Shown: piece by piece, positions 10,729 through 19,883 of the stretch
How positions within the stretch are numbered: position 1 is the first letter of the stretch
Layout: each line of letters opens with the position of its first letter
Translations under genes and position numbers: made by a program
The notes under the pieces: model-generated
Databases searched by the model: none
What the model was told of the DNA's origin: nothing
The model's input: only the letters and a program-made list of their open reading frames with translations
Assembly (NCBI GenBank): GCA_045603185.1
Contig: JAZULQ010000063.1
Span: 7,924 to 71,923 of the forward strand
Direction: 5' to 3'
From: Acutalibacteraceae bacterium
Lineage (GTDB): Bacteria > Bacillota > Clostridia > Oscillospirales > Acutalibacteraceae
Length of the DNA stretch: 64,000 nt

Positions 10729-11740
10729 GAAAGATAAAGCAGCCCAGCCGATTTCGGTTGGCGGACAAGCTTTGATAGAAGGTATAATGATGCAGGGCCC
10801 CAAGGGCGCGGCAATGTCCGTGCGGTTGTCAGACGGGTCTATTGATACCGAGAAGCTTGAGGTTAAACATATACGCGACAAATTCAAACCTGCGGGTTGG
10901 CCGATTATACGTGGCGTGTTTAATATGGTTGAAAGCTTGTTTTTCGGCTTTAAGTGTATGGAGAAATCTGCAGAAAAAGTAGGTCTTGACGATGACACTG
11001 ACCCTGAAAATATGTCAAAAATCGATAAATGGATATCCGACCACTTCGGCCCTAAAATGATGGCTGTTGTTACCGGAATTTCGCTTGTTATCGGCGTTGC
11101 ACTCGTTGTCGGTCTTTTCTTCTATTTACCTACAATTATCGTTGATAAAGCAGATGAGTTTATTTTCCAAAATGCGCTTCAGAACATCCATCCTCTCTTT
11201 GAAGGTATAATGAGAATGGTTATATTTGTTCTTTATATCTGGATAGTAGGAAAATTGCCAGATATTAAGAGGGTGTTTATGTACCACGGTGCTGAGCATA
11301 AATCTATTTTCTGCTATGAAAGCGGAATGGAGCTCACTGTGGAAAATGTTAAGAAGCATAAACGTTTTCATCCTCGTTGCGGAACAAGCTTCATTTTTGT
11401 AATTCTTATAATCAATATTTTGATTTCATCGGTTTTGGTTGTTTCGTTTCCGCAGATTGATGATAACAGACTTCTTTGGATGGCTATTAAAATATTAATC
11501 GTTCCCATTACCGTTGGTATCGGTTATGAGTTTATCCGTTACGCAGGAAAACACGATAATTTCTTCGTGAAAATACTTGCTGCTCCCGGTTTGTGGATGC
11601 AGAGGCTGACAACAAAAGAACCTACTGACGATATTATTGAGGTAGGTATTGAATCTTTAAAAGCCGTGTTATGTGACGTTTCCGAAAAAAATTCAGCAGA
11701 CGGTGAAAATACCGAAAATCCGGAGGATAACAATAAGTGA
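10718..11740 (+). CDS. DUF1385 (YqhQ-like) membrane protein
   Basis: GGQALIEGIMMQGP N-terminus and HGAEHK motif, with several TM helices. The position directly upstream of prmC is typical of Clostridia. Confidence 0.75.
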   Translation: MKNKKDKAAQPISVGGQALIEGIMMQGPKGAAMSVRLSDGSIDTEKLEVKHIRDKFKPAGWPIIRGVFNMVESLFFGFKCMEKSAEKVGLDDDTDPENMSKIDKWISDHFGPKMMAVVTGISLVIGVALVVGLFFYLPTIIVDKADEFIFQNALQNIHPLFEGIMRMVIFVLYIWIVGKLPDIKRVFMYHGAEHKSIFCYESGMELTVENVKKHKRFHPRCGTSFIFVILIINILISSVLVVSFPQIDDNRLLWMAIKILIVPITVGIGYEFIRYAGKHDNFFVKILAAPGLWMQRLTTKEPTDDIIEVGIESLKAVLCDVSEKNSADGENTENPEDNNK

Positions 11741-12582
11741 AAACCTTGTACGCTGTTTATCGTGAAGCGGTAAAGGTCCTTTCGGATTCCGGCTGTGACA
11801 GCCCGGAATTCGATGCTCAACAGTTAATCTCATACTGCTTCGGCTATAACAAAACTCAATTATTAATGAACTCGGGTTCAGTTATTGATGAAGTTAAACT
11901 TATACATTTTCGCGATTGCGTTTCAAGAAGATGCAATCATGAACCGTTACAGTATATCATCGGTATGTGGGATTTCCATCAGTTTACTTTCAAAGTAGGC
12001 GAGGGTGTACTTATCCCGCGACCTGAAACAGAAATACTGGTGGATTTTGCGGTGGAAAAAATACGTAAGAACGGCTATTCTGTTGTTTTTGACTTGTGTT
12101 GCGGAAGCGGATGTATCGGCATCAGCATCGCTAAGCTTTGTCCGAAGGTTAAGGTTTACTGCGTCGATATATCTGATACCGCGTTGGATTATACCCGACG
12201 GAATAAAGAACTCTTGGGTGCAGATAATGTTACTGTTATTAAATCCGATATACTTGAAAGCTCGGGCTTTATCGGTCTTCCCAGACCTGATATAATTCTT
12301 TCCAATCCACCGTACATACGAACACAGGATATAAAGGGCTTACAACCGGAGATTTCATTTGAGCCTGACCTTGCTCTCGATGGTGGTGAAGACGGATTGA
12401 AGTTTTACCGTGCGCTTTCCGAAATATGGTATCCTTTTATAAATCGTGGAGGTTATCTTGCGATGGAGTGCGGTGAGGACCAAGGGCATGACATATTGTC
12501 CTTGTTTGTCGATAAAGCGGAAAAAGGCAGGATAATAAAGGATGCCGCAGAGCTTGACAGAGTTGTTGTAATAGTGCGATGA
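11737..12582 (+). CDS. prmC: Peptide chain release factor N5-glutamine methyltransferase
   Basis: LIPRPETE, the SAM motif DLCCGSGCIG and the catalytic NPPY (ILSNPPYI). Confidence 0.9.
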   Translation: MKTLYAVYREAVKVLSDSGCDSPEFDAQQLISYCFGYNKTQLLMNSGSVIDEVKLIHFRDCVSRRCNHEPLQYIIGMWDFHQFTFKVGEGVLIPRPETEILVDFAVEKIRKNGYSVVFDLCCGSGCIGISIAKLCPKVKVYCVDISDTALDYTRRNKELLGADNVTVIKSDILESSGFIGLPRPDIILSNPPYIRTQDIKGLQPEISFEPDLALDGGEDGLKFYRALSEIWYPFINRGGYLAMECGEDQGHDILSLFVDKAEKGRIIKDAAELDRVVVIVR

Positions 12583-12594
12583 AATCGCTTTTTT
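12576..12594 (+). terminator. Weak hairpin plus T6 at the end of the cdaA-prmC operon
   Basis: GCGAT-GAA-ATCGC followed by TTTTTT. The stem is only 5 bp. Confidence 0.3.
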
Positions 12595-12598
12595 CGTA

Positions 12599-12627
12599 TT
12601 GACCTTTTAATTTGTTTATAGTAAAAT
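12599..12627 (+). promoter_or_regulatory. Sigma-A type promoter for the M50 protease / scpAB block
   Basis: TTGACC (12599-12604), a 17-nt spacer, then TAAAAT (12622-12627). Confidence 0.5.
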
Positions 12628-12653
12628 TGTATAAAGATGGGTGATTATAAAAC

Positions 12654-13358
12654 GTGATTACTTTTTTAGGTGATTTTTTAAAAGGTGAATTTGATAAAAC
12701 TGAAATAATAATTTATATTTTATCTATTTCCTTTGTTGCTTTTTGTGCAACACCGTTGCACGAATTTGCCCATGCCGGAGTTGCCGTGCTTTTGGGTGAT
12801 GATACACCCAGACTCCGCGGTAGACTTACAATTAATCCATTGGCTCATATGGACCCAATCGGTGTTATAATGATTTTCCTTTTCGGCTTTGGTTACGCAA
12901 AACCTGTTGAAGTCAGAATACGAAAATTCAAGAAACCCAAGAGGGATATGGCTTTAGTTGCGCTTGCGGGTCCTTTGTGTAATCTTTTACAATCGTTTAT
13001 TTATGCGTCTGTTGCGGTTGTGTTTTACTACATTTTTATGCTCAAGGGCGTTAAGGCATTTGAGTTGATTTTTAACTTTTTCTATTTTGCCGCGCAGATT
13101 AACATCCGCCTTGCGGTATTCAATTTAATACCCATACCGCCACTTGACGGTTCGAGGCTTCTTACGGCGCTTTTACCCACTAAGATTTATTTCAAAATAA
13201 TGCAGTATGAGCGATACTTTATGATTGCTCTCTGGATATTACTCTTTACTCGTATACTTACATTTCCGCTTTCATTTATCTCGGATATGTTGCTGGACTT
13301 CTTTATTATGATTGCTGGAATGCCGCTTAATTTTATATTATCTTTATTTTTAAGATAG
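12654..13358 (+). CDS. Site-2 protease family (peptidase M50) membrane metalloprotease
   Basis: HEFAHA zinc motif and NLIPIPPLDGSR (NxxPxxxLDG), with multiple TM helices. Confidence 0.8.
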   Translation: MITFLGDFLKGEFDKTEIIIYILSISFVAFCATPLHEFAHAGVAVLLGDDTPRLRGRLTINPLAHMDPIGVIMIFLFGFGYAKPVEVRIRKFKKPKRDMALVALAGPLCNLLQSFIYASVAVVFYYIFMLKGVKAFELIFNFFYFAAQINIRLAVFNLIPIPPLDGSRLLTALLPTKIYFKIMQYERYFMIALWILLFTRILTFPLSFISDMLLDFFIMIAGMPLNFILSLFLR

Positions 13359-13359
13359 G

Positions 13360-14085
13360 TTGAATATGGAAAAAATATCTTATAAGCTTGACGTGTTTGA
13401 GGGTCCTATGGACTTGCTTTTACACCTCATAACTAAACATAAACTTGATATCTACGATATACCCATTTCGGAGCTTGTGGAGCAATACGTTTCATATGTT
13501 CGTGAAATGCAGGAAGAAAATATGGATGTTGCCAGTGAATTTCTTGAAATGGCGGCGCGTCTTGTGTATATTAAAACGGTGTCCTTGCTTCCTGTGTATG
13601 ACGAAGCCGAAGAGCTTAAGAACGAGCTTCGGGACGAGCTTCTTGAATATCGTGATTGTAAAATTCTTGCCGCTAAGCTTTCTGAGATGACTGACGGCTT
13701 TAACTACTCTGTAAGAGAGTTTCCCGAAAATGTGACTCCCGATAATTCATATAAGCGTTTGCACGAGCCAACGGAGCTTTTAAATGCGTATTCCGTTGCG
13801 GCGGGTAAGAAGCTACGGCGTTTACCGCCACCTATTGAAACGTTCAAAGCAATAGTTACACGTAAAATAGTATCAGTCGGTTCTAAAATTGACTCCATCG
13901 TAAAATCCTTAAAAAGCAAAAGAAAAACAAGGCTTATGGACATTTACAAGCAGGCTGAGTCCAGGTCCGATTTGATAGCGTCTTTCCTTGCAATTCTTGA
14001 ACTTGCAAAGAATAAGACGATTTATGTGTCCGGTGACGGTGAGGATATTCAGATTGAACTTTTGGAAGGAAATGAGAGTATTTGA
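13360..14085 (+). CDS. scpA: Segregation and condensation protein A
   Basis: FEGPMDLLLHLITKHKLDIYDIPISELVEQY is a canonical ScpA N-terminus. The likely start is ATG 13366. Confidence 0.9.
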   Translation: MNMEKISYKLDVFEGPMDLLLHLITKHKLDIYDIPISELVEQYVSYVREMQEENMDVASEFLEMAARLVYIKTVSLLPVYDEAEELKNELRDELLEYRDCKILAAKLSEMTDGFNYSVREFPENVTPDNSYKRLHEPTELLNAYSVAAGKKLRRLPPPIETFKAIVTRKIVSVGSKIDSIVKSLKSKRKTRLMDIYKQAESRSDLIASFLAILELAKNKTIYVSGDGEDIQIELLEGNESI

Positions 14086-14675
14086 TAAACAATAAGCAGG
14101 TAGCATCGGTTGAGGCGGTACTTTTTGCCGCTGCCGAACCGATTGAATATACAAAAGTTGCCGCTGCTTTAGGTATGGATGATGAGCAGATGCTTTTGTG
14201 CATTGATGCTTTGAATGAAAAATACAGTGCCGAAGATAGCGGAATATGTCTTTTGCAGCTTGATACCAAGTATCAGCTTTGCAGTAAAAAAGAATTTGTT
14301 GAGGCAGTGCGTAACGTTCTGGATTTAAAACGTAATGCGCCATTGTCACAGGCGGCGTTTGAGGTGCTTGCGATTATCGCATACAATCAGCCGATTACAA
14401 AGCCATACATAGAACAGATCAGAGGCGTCGATTGTTCGGGTGTTGTAAATACACTCTGCCAAAGAGGTCTCATTGAAGAAAAGGGTAGACTCGATGTTCC
14501 CGGAAGACCGGTTTTATACGGTACAACATCTGATTTTTTAAGATGCTTTTCTTTAAACAGTCTGTCAGAGCTTCCCGAACTTCCCGATGCGGACAGAGAA
14601 GTTCTTATGTCCGACGTTGATAACGGTCAGCTCTCTTTGTTTGATGATTCCGGTGAACAAAAAGAGGAAGAATAA
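14082..14675 (+). CDS. scpB: Segregation and condensation protein B
   Basis: VEAVLFAAAEP, LSQAAFEVLAIIAYNQPITK and RPVLYGTT motifs. The start overlaps the scpA stop. Confidence 0.9.
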   Translation: MINNKQVASVEAVLFAAAEPIEYTKVAAALGMDDEQMLLCIDALNEKYSAEDSGICLLQLDTKYQLCSKKEFVEAVRNVLDLKRNAPLSQAAFEVLAIIAYNQPITKPYIEQIRGVDCSGVVNTLCQRGLIEEKGRLDVPGRPVLYGTTSDFLRCFSLNSLSELPELPDADREVLMSDVDNGQLSLFDDSGEQKEEE

Positions 14676-14705
14676 AAATTTTCAGTAACGATAAGGGGTG
14701 ATAAG

Positions 14706-15482
14706 ATGCCGGTTCTTATAGCGTTGGCATGTATTGTATTATTTATCATCATCCTTTTTTCTGTGAATTTATCGTTTATTATCGACTACTCCGATAAAAC
14801 GGTTGTTACACTAAAATATCTTTTTCTGAAAATTCCGCTCGTTGATACTTCAAAGCCTAAAAAAGAAAAAAAGAAAAAGAAGAAACCTAAGAAAGACGAG
14901 AAAAAGGAAGAAGAGGAAGAAAAAGAGGACACTTCCAAAGAAGAGAAAAAAGGTAACAGTTTAATAAAACAGTTATATCTGGACCAGGGTTACGAAGGAA
15001 TTGAAAAAATGCTTAAAGCGGTCGGTGATTCTTTAGGCGGATTCTTCGGAAAGTTATATAAAACCCTTGTTTTTGATGAATTGTACATAACGATGATAAC
15101 TGCCGGTGGTGATGCCGCCGATACAGCCATAAAGCATGGCAAACTTTGTTCATGGTTATTCCCGGTGCTCGGTAAGCTTGTGTCGACAAGTAAGGTTAAG
15201 AAATATGACTTTGACATATCTCCTGACTTCCTTGCAACTAAGTCCGAAGCATATGTATATGTTCGTTTACACATTACTCCTATAAGAGTAACTAATGCAA
15301 CTATTGTTCTCGCCTTACAGCTTGTATTCAAAGTGTTGTTTAAGGTGCTTTTCGCAAAACAGAAAAGCGACAAGAGTAAATCGGTAAAATCCGCTGCAAA
15401 GGAAGTTCTTGAAAACTCTGATGCAGAGGTTGAAATAGCAAAAAATAAAAGAAATATAAATAAGGACGGTGCTTCCAAATGA
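14706..15482 (+). CDS. ytfI: DUF2953 / sporulation protein YtfI-like
   Basis: N-terminal TM helix followed by a K/E-rich linker. It sits immediately upstream of ytfJ and overlaps it, as in the Bacillus ytfI-ytfJ operon. Confidence 0.55.
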   Translation: MPVLIALACIVLFIIILFSVNLSFIIDYSDKTVVTLKYLFLKIPLVDTSKPKKEKKKKKKPKKDEKKEEEEEKEDTSKEEKKGNSLIKQLYLDQGYEGIEKMLKAVGDSLGGFFGKLYKTLVFDELYITMITAGGDAADTAIKHGKLCSWLFPVLGKLVSTSKVKKYDFDISPDFLATKSEAYVYVRLHITPIRVTNATIVLALQLVFKVLFKVLFAKQKSDKSKSVKSAAKEVLENSDAEVEIAKNKRNINKDGASK

Positions 15483-15895
15483 GTGAAAAATCAGCAAACG
15501 GAATCCTTTCAACAACAATCGAAAAAGTAAGAGACCTTGTAGATGTAAGTACAATTATCGGTGAGCCTATGACTCTTCCCGAGGGCATTACTATTATCCC
15601 GATTTCAAAGGTTACTTACGGTTTCGCTTCCGGCGGTTCCGATTTCCCCTCAAAGAACAATGTTGAGCTTTTTGGCGGAGCAGGTGGCGCAGGTATCACA
15701 ATTAACCCTGTTGCTTTCCTTGTTGTTAAAAACGGCGAAGTTTCTATCAGACACATCGTTTCTAACGATAATGCTGCTGAAAGAGCTGTTACAATGATTC
15801 CTGAAATGTTTGATAAGGTAGTAAACCTTGCTGACAAATTCAAAAAGGATAAAGAAGAGACTGCTGCAGAAGCCGCAGAAGAAACAGCTGAATAA
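15479..15895 (+). CDS. ytfJ: Sporulation protein YtfJ (GerW family)
   Basis: GEPMTLPEGITIIPISKVTYGFASGG and GGAGGAGITINPVAFLVV are characteristic of GerW/YtfJ. Confidence 0.85.
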   Translation: MSEKSANGILSTTIEKVRDLVDVSTIIGEPMTLPEGITIIPISKVTYGFASGGSDFPSKNNVELFGGAGGAGITINPVAFLVVKNGEVSIRHIVSNDNAAERAVTMIPEMFDKVVNLADKFKKDKEETAAEAAEETAE

Positions 15896-15912
15896 TTTTT
15901 TCATTACAATAC

Positions 15913-15954
15913 AACCACCTGCATATTATTTTTTGAAAGCAGGTGGTTTGTTTT
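15913..15954 (+). terminator. Rho-independent terminator after ytfJ
   Basis: AACCACCTGC (15913-15922) pairs with GCAGGTGGTT (15939-15948) and is followed by TGTTTT. The 3' arm carries the AGGTGG SD of the next gene. Confidence 0.6.
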
Positions 15955-17098
15955 GCTAAAGAAACTGTTTTGTGTTGTACTGTGTTTTAGTTTCGTTGGT
16001 GCGTTTTTCAGTTTTAAAGCTGAGTCCGCAGGGATATCTGTCTCGGCGGAATCGGCAATAGTAATGAATGCACGAACAGGAGAGGTTTTCTTCTCCAAGA
16101 ACGCCTATGAAAAGCGCGGTATTGCCAGCACAACCAAAATAATGACATCGCTTATTGCCTTGGAACAAGGTGATTTATCGGAAGTTACTACGGCTACCGG
16201 GAATGATGTTACCGTAGAGGGTACGTCAATCGGTCTTAAAAGCGGTGATGATGTTACTCTCGGTGTTCTTGTTAAGGGAATGCTTCTTGAAAGCGGAAAT
16301 GATGCCGCTAATGTTACCGCAACAGTTATTGCAGGAAGCAAGGAAAAATTTGCGGTTTTAATGAATAATAAGGCTAAGGAATTGGGTATGAACTCGACCA
16401 ATTTCGTTAATCCGTCCGGGTTGACGGAGGATGGCCATTATTCAACTGCTTATGATATGGCTCTTTTGGCATCGGAAGCCATAATGAACAAAACATTCCG
16501 TGATATTTGCTCCGCAGATAGTTTAAAAGTAACCTACGGTACACCTGAGTATACGCGTACGTTTTACAATCATAACAAATTTCTTGATATGTTTGACGGC
16601 GCGATAGGAATTAAAACCGGTTTTACAAAGGCGTCGGGTCGTTGTCTCGTGACGGCAGCAGAGCGTGACGGTGTTGTGCTTGTGGGAGTTACCCTGAAAG
16701 CGCCTGATGATTGGAATGACCACGTCAGGATGATGAATTACGCTTTTGAGAATCTGAAGGTTCGTGAAGTGGAATTCAATCCCGAGGAGTATACTGTACC
16801 CGTTGTCGGTGCTGAGAAAAAGTCAGTTGGCGTTGAGCTCGTTTCGGAACTGAGCTTTGCCACCATGGGCGGTATAACTGAGTGTAAAACGGTTGTTTAT
16901 TTACCGCCGTTTCTTTATTCCGATGTTTTAAAGGGCGATTTTATCGGTCGTGTAGATATAGTAGATGAGCGTGGGAGGGTTATAGCATCTTCCTGGTTGA
17001 TTGCTACTCAAAACATACCGACTAAGGTGCTTGAAAAAGAAGAAAATACAAGCTTTTTCCAAAAAATAATAAATAAAATTAAAGAAGGACTGTCGTAG
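15953..17098 (+). CDS. D-alanyl-D-alanine carboxypeptidase (serine type, PBP5-like)
   Basis: Signal peptide, then SxxK (ASTTKIMT), SxN (ESGNDAA) and KTG (IKTGFT). TTG start. Confidence 0.88.
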   Translation: MLKKLFCVVLCFSFVGAFFSFKAESAGISVSAESAIVMNARTGEVFFSKNAYEKRGIASTTKIMTSLIALEQGDLSEVTTATGNDVTVEGTSIGLKSGDDVTLGVLVKGMLLESGNDAANVTATVIAGSKEKFAVLMNNKAKELGMNSTNFVNPSGLTEDGHYSTAYDMALLASEAIMNKTFRDICSADSLKVTYGTPEYTRTFYNHNKFLDMFDGAIGIKTGFTKASGRCLVTAAERDGVVLVGVTLKAPDDWNDHVRMMNYAFENLKVREVEFNPEEYTVPVVGAEKKSVGVELVSELSFATMGGITECKTVVYLPPFLYSDVLKGDFIGRVDIVDERGRVIASSWLIATQNIPTKVLEKEENTSFFQKIINKIKEGLS

Positions 17099-17113
17099 AG
17101 ACAGACGTGAATT

Positions 17114-17833
17114 ATGGCACAAGAAAGATTACAAAAATATTTATCCGAATGTTCGGTTGCTTCGCGACGTAAAGCGGAGGAAATGATTAAAGAAGGTAAA
17201 GTTAAGGTCAACGGTAAAATTGCTCAGCTTGGCGATAAAATTGACCCTAAGAAGGATACTGTTACCGTAAACGGCAAGAAGGTTGTTGCCGTTAAGCAGA
17301 AATATTATATAATGCTCAATAAACCCAGAGGTTATGTAACCACTATGAGTGATGAATTAGGCAGAAAATGCGTTGCGGAGCTCGTAGAAGATGTGGGAGC
17401 CGCCGTTTATCCGGTCGGTCGATTGGACAGAGACTCCGAAGGTCTCTTGCTCCTTACAAACGACGGTGCTTTTGCCAATGCTGTAATGCATCCGAGAAAG
17501 CACGTGCCTAAAACATACCGCGTTACTGTTCGCTCAAACATTAACGATGCACAGATAGAAAAGCTTGAAAACGGTATTGATATAGAAGGTGACGGAAGAG
17601 AAACATTGCCCGCCAATGTCCGTATTATTGAAAAAAGTGCAGGCAGAAGTGTTTTTGAAATAACAATTTTTGAGGGCAGAAACAGACAGATAAGAAAAAT
17701 GTGCGAGCAGGTAAGCCTTGATGTTATAAGACTTAAAAGGAACGCTGTTGGCTCTGTAAAGTTGGGTATGCTGAAAGTGGGTAAGTGGCGTGAACTGACC
17801 GAAGATGAAGTTCATCGTTTACAAGCTCAATAA
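17114..17833 (+). CDS. rluB: Pseudouridine synthase, RsuA/RluB family
   Basis: S4 domain (RLQKYLSECSVASRRKAEEMI) and catalytic GRLDRDSEGLLLLTNDG. Confidence 0.85.
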   Translation: MAQERLQKYLSECSVASRRKAEEMIKEGKVKVNGKIAQLGDKIDPKKDTVTVNGKKVVAVKQKYYIMLNKPRGYVTTMSDELGRKCVAELVEDVGAAVYPVGRLDRDSEGLLLLTNDGAFANAVMHPRKHVPKTYRVTVRSNINDAQIEKLENGIDIEGDGRETLPANVRIIEKSAGRSVFEITIFEGRNRQIRKMCEQVSLDVIRLKRNAVGSVKLGMLKVGKWRELTEDEVHRLQAQ

Positions 17834-17836
17834 AAA

Positions 17837-17865
17837 TTGACAACAAACAGTATATTTAGTATAAT
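17837..17865 (+). promoter_or_regulatory. Sigma-A consensus promoter for the yicC-remA-gmk-rpoZ-priA block
   Basis: TTGACA (17837-17842), a 17-nt spacer, then TATAAT (17860-17865). Confidence 0.7.
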
Positions 17866-17902
17866 AAAGAATAAAATATTTTTTAATTCAGAGGCGTTTT
17901 AA

Positions 17903-18781
17903 ATGATAAGAAGTATGACCGGTTTCGGCAGAGCACAGGCTTCTGTTGAAGGATACAATATAACCGTAGAAATCCGCAGTGTCAATCACCGTTATTTTGA
18001 GTTTTACGCAAAACTCCCTCGTACATATTCTTTCCTTGAAGAAAAGATAAAATCAACTCTTGCTACCGGTATTTCCCGCGGTAAGGTTGAATGTTCGCTT
18101 CAGATAGAGGCAACGGCTGATGAGAGCGTTGTAGTAAGTGTAAATGAACCTCTTGCAAAAGGTTTTGTAGATGCTGTAAGCAGTATTTCCGAAACATTTT
18201 CACTTGAAAATGATTTAACGTCACTTTCACTTGCACGTTTTCCTGACGTTCTTTTGATTTCGAAGGCACCTGTTGATGAAGATGCACTTTGGGCAAAGGT
18301 TGAGCCGGTTGTGAAAGCGGCGCTTGACGGATTTATTTCAATGCGTGAAACAGAAGGCGCAAAGCTTTCTGCGGATGTCCTTTCAAGGGCAGATACCATT
18401 ATAGAAAACGTTTCGTATATTGAGGAGCGTTCACCCGAAACTGTAAAACAGTATTCTGATAAACTTCTTGAAAGAATGCGTACAGTTCTCGGTGATACTC
18501 AGATTGACGAGTCCAGAATACTCACTGAGGCAGCAATATATGCGGACAAGGTTGCTGTTGCTGAGGAAACAGTCAGACTCAGAAGTCATATCGACCAGCT
18601 TCATACAATGCTTAAATCCGACGAGGCAATAGGCAGAAAGCTTGACTTCCTCGTTCAGGAGATTAACCGCGAAGCCAATACAATAGGTTCAAAAGCCCAG
18701 GATGTTGATATTGCCAGACGCGTAATTGATATCAAAGCCGAAGTAGAAAAAATCAGAGAACAGATACAGAATATTGAGTAA
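17903..18781 (+). CDS. yicC: YicC family stress-induced protein
   Basis: MIRSMTGFGRA N-terminus and the C-terminal EINREANTIGSKA motif. Confidence 0.88.
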   Translation: MIRSMTGFGRAQASVEGYNITVEIRSVNHRYFEFYAKLPRTYSFLEEKIKSTLATGISRGKVECSLQIEATADESVVVSVNEPLAKGFVDAVSSISETFSLENDLTSLSLARFPDVLLISKAPVDEDALWAKVEPVVKAALDGFISMRETEGAKLSADVLSRADTIIENVSYIEERSPETVKQYSDKLLERMRTVLGDTQIDESRILTEAAIYADKVAVAEETVRLRSHIDQLHTMLKSDEAIGRKLDFLVQEINREANTIGSKAQDVDIARRVIDIKAEVEKIREQIQNIE

Positions 18782-18787
18782 GAGAAT

Positions 18788-19054
18788 ATGAAACTTGTGA
18801 ATATAGGCTTCGGCAACCTTATAAATGCCGATAGGGTAGTTGCAGTTATAAGTCCTGACTCTGCCCCTGCAAAAAGAATGATTCAGGAGTGTCGCGAAAG
18901 AGCTCAGCTTATAGATGCGACACACGGCAGAAAGACGAAAGGTGTTATCATTACCGATAGTGATAATGTCGTGCTTTCGTTCCTTACTGCCGAGCAGCTT
19001 CTGACAAGGTTCAATGATCAAAAAGGAGGACGTGAATTTGGCTTCGAAGAATAA
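18788..19054 (+). CDS. remA: DUF370 regulator RemA
   Basis: NIGFGNLINADRVVAVISPDSAPAKRMIQE...IDATHGRKTK matches RemA/YlzA. The yicC-remA-gmk synteny supports the call. Confidence 0.88.
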   Translation: MKLVNIGFGNLINADRVVAVISPDSAPAKRMIQECRERAQLIDATHGRKTKGVIITDSDNVVLSFLTAEQLLTRFNDQKGGREFGFEE

Positions 19055-19646
19055 AGGTCTTCTTGTTGTTTTTTCCGGTCCGTCCGGTTGCGGCAAAGAT
19101 ACGGTTCTCAGTGAATTAAAAAGCCGCGATATCAATATGAAACAATCCGTTTCCGTTACTACGCGAGATATGCGTGACGGCGAGGTTGACGGTGTTGATT
19201 ATTACTTCACAGACGTTAAGACATTTGAAAAGAATATTAAGGAAGGTTATTTCCTCGAATATGTAAAATACGGTGTTAATTATTACGGTACACCTAAGAA
19301 AAAAATAGAAGAATTAATTGATGATGGTGCCAATGTCTTTCTTAAGATAGAGGTTGAAGGCGGTGCAAACATACGCAAGGCTTTCCCGGATGTTGTTTCC
19401 GTGTTTATAATACCTCCTTCAATGGAAGAGCTTGAAAACCGACTTAAAGGTCGTGGCACCGAAACGGAAGAATCTTTCAGACGTCGTTTTGAAATAGCGA
19501 AAAACGAGCTGAAAAGAGCTTGCGAATATGACTACATAGTTATTAACGACAACGTAAGCGAATGTGCCGATAAAGTTTGTGCAATACTTGATGCGGAGAC
19601 TTTGCGTTATTCGCGGATGAAAACGATTGTTGATGATATGAATTAA
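19038..19646 (+). CDS. gmk: Guanylate kinase
   Basis: P-loop SGPSGCGKDT and the TTR motif (SVTTRDMRDGE). The AGGAGG SD at 19024-19029 favours the in-frame TTG at 19038 over the track ATG at 19014, which lies inside remA. Confidence 0.9.
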   Translation: MASKNKGLLVVFSGPSGCGKDTVLSELKSRDINMKQSVSVTTRDMRDGEVDGVDYYFTDVKTFEKNIKEGYFLEYVKYGVNYYGTPKKKIEELIDDGANVFLKIEVEGGANIRKAFPDVVSVFIIPPSMEELENRLKGRGTETEESFRRRFEIAKNELKRACEYDYIVINDNVSECADKVCAILDAETLRYSRMKTIVDDMN

Positions 19647-19671
19647 TATAAAACTGAAAGGAAAATATATT

Positions 19672-19881
19672 ATGCTTAATCAGGACCTTAGTAAAGTACT
19701 CACAGGACATATCAGCCGCTATTCTCTTGTTACTGCTACTGCAAAGCGCGCTCGTGAAATTTCCAACAAAAATCTTGAGGACAAGGTAATTACAACCGAA
19801 AAACCTGTCAGCCTTGCTCTTAATGATTTTATCGAAGACAAATACAGAATTGTTGAGCCTGCAGAAATCGCAGATATCTGA
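19672..19881 (+). CDS. rpoZ: DNA-directed RNA polymerase subunit omega
   Basis: 69 aa with RYSLVTATAKRAREI, following gmk as in Bacillus. Confidence 0.85.
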   Translation: MLNQDLSKVLTGHISRYSLVTATAKRAREISNKNLEDKVITTEKPVSLALNDFIEDKYRIVEPAEIADI

Positions 19882-19883
19882 TT

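Noticed and set aside
10029-10998. 160-aa and 166-aa minus-strand ORFs across the histidine kinase / DUF1385 junction
   Set aside because: They are antisense to two well-supported coupled genes and have a Ser/Thr/Pro-rich shadow-frame composition.
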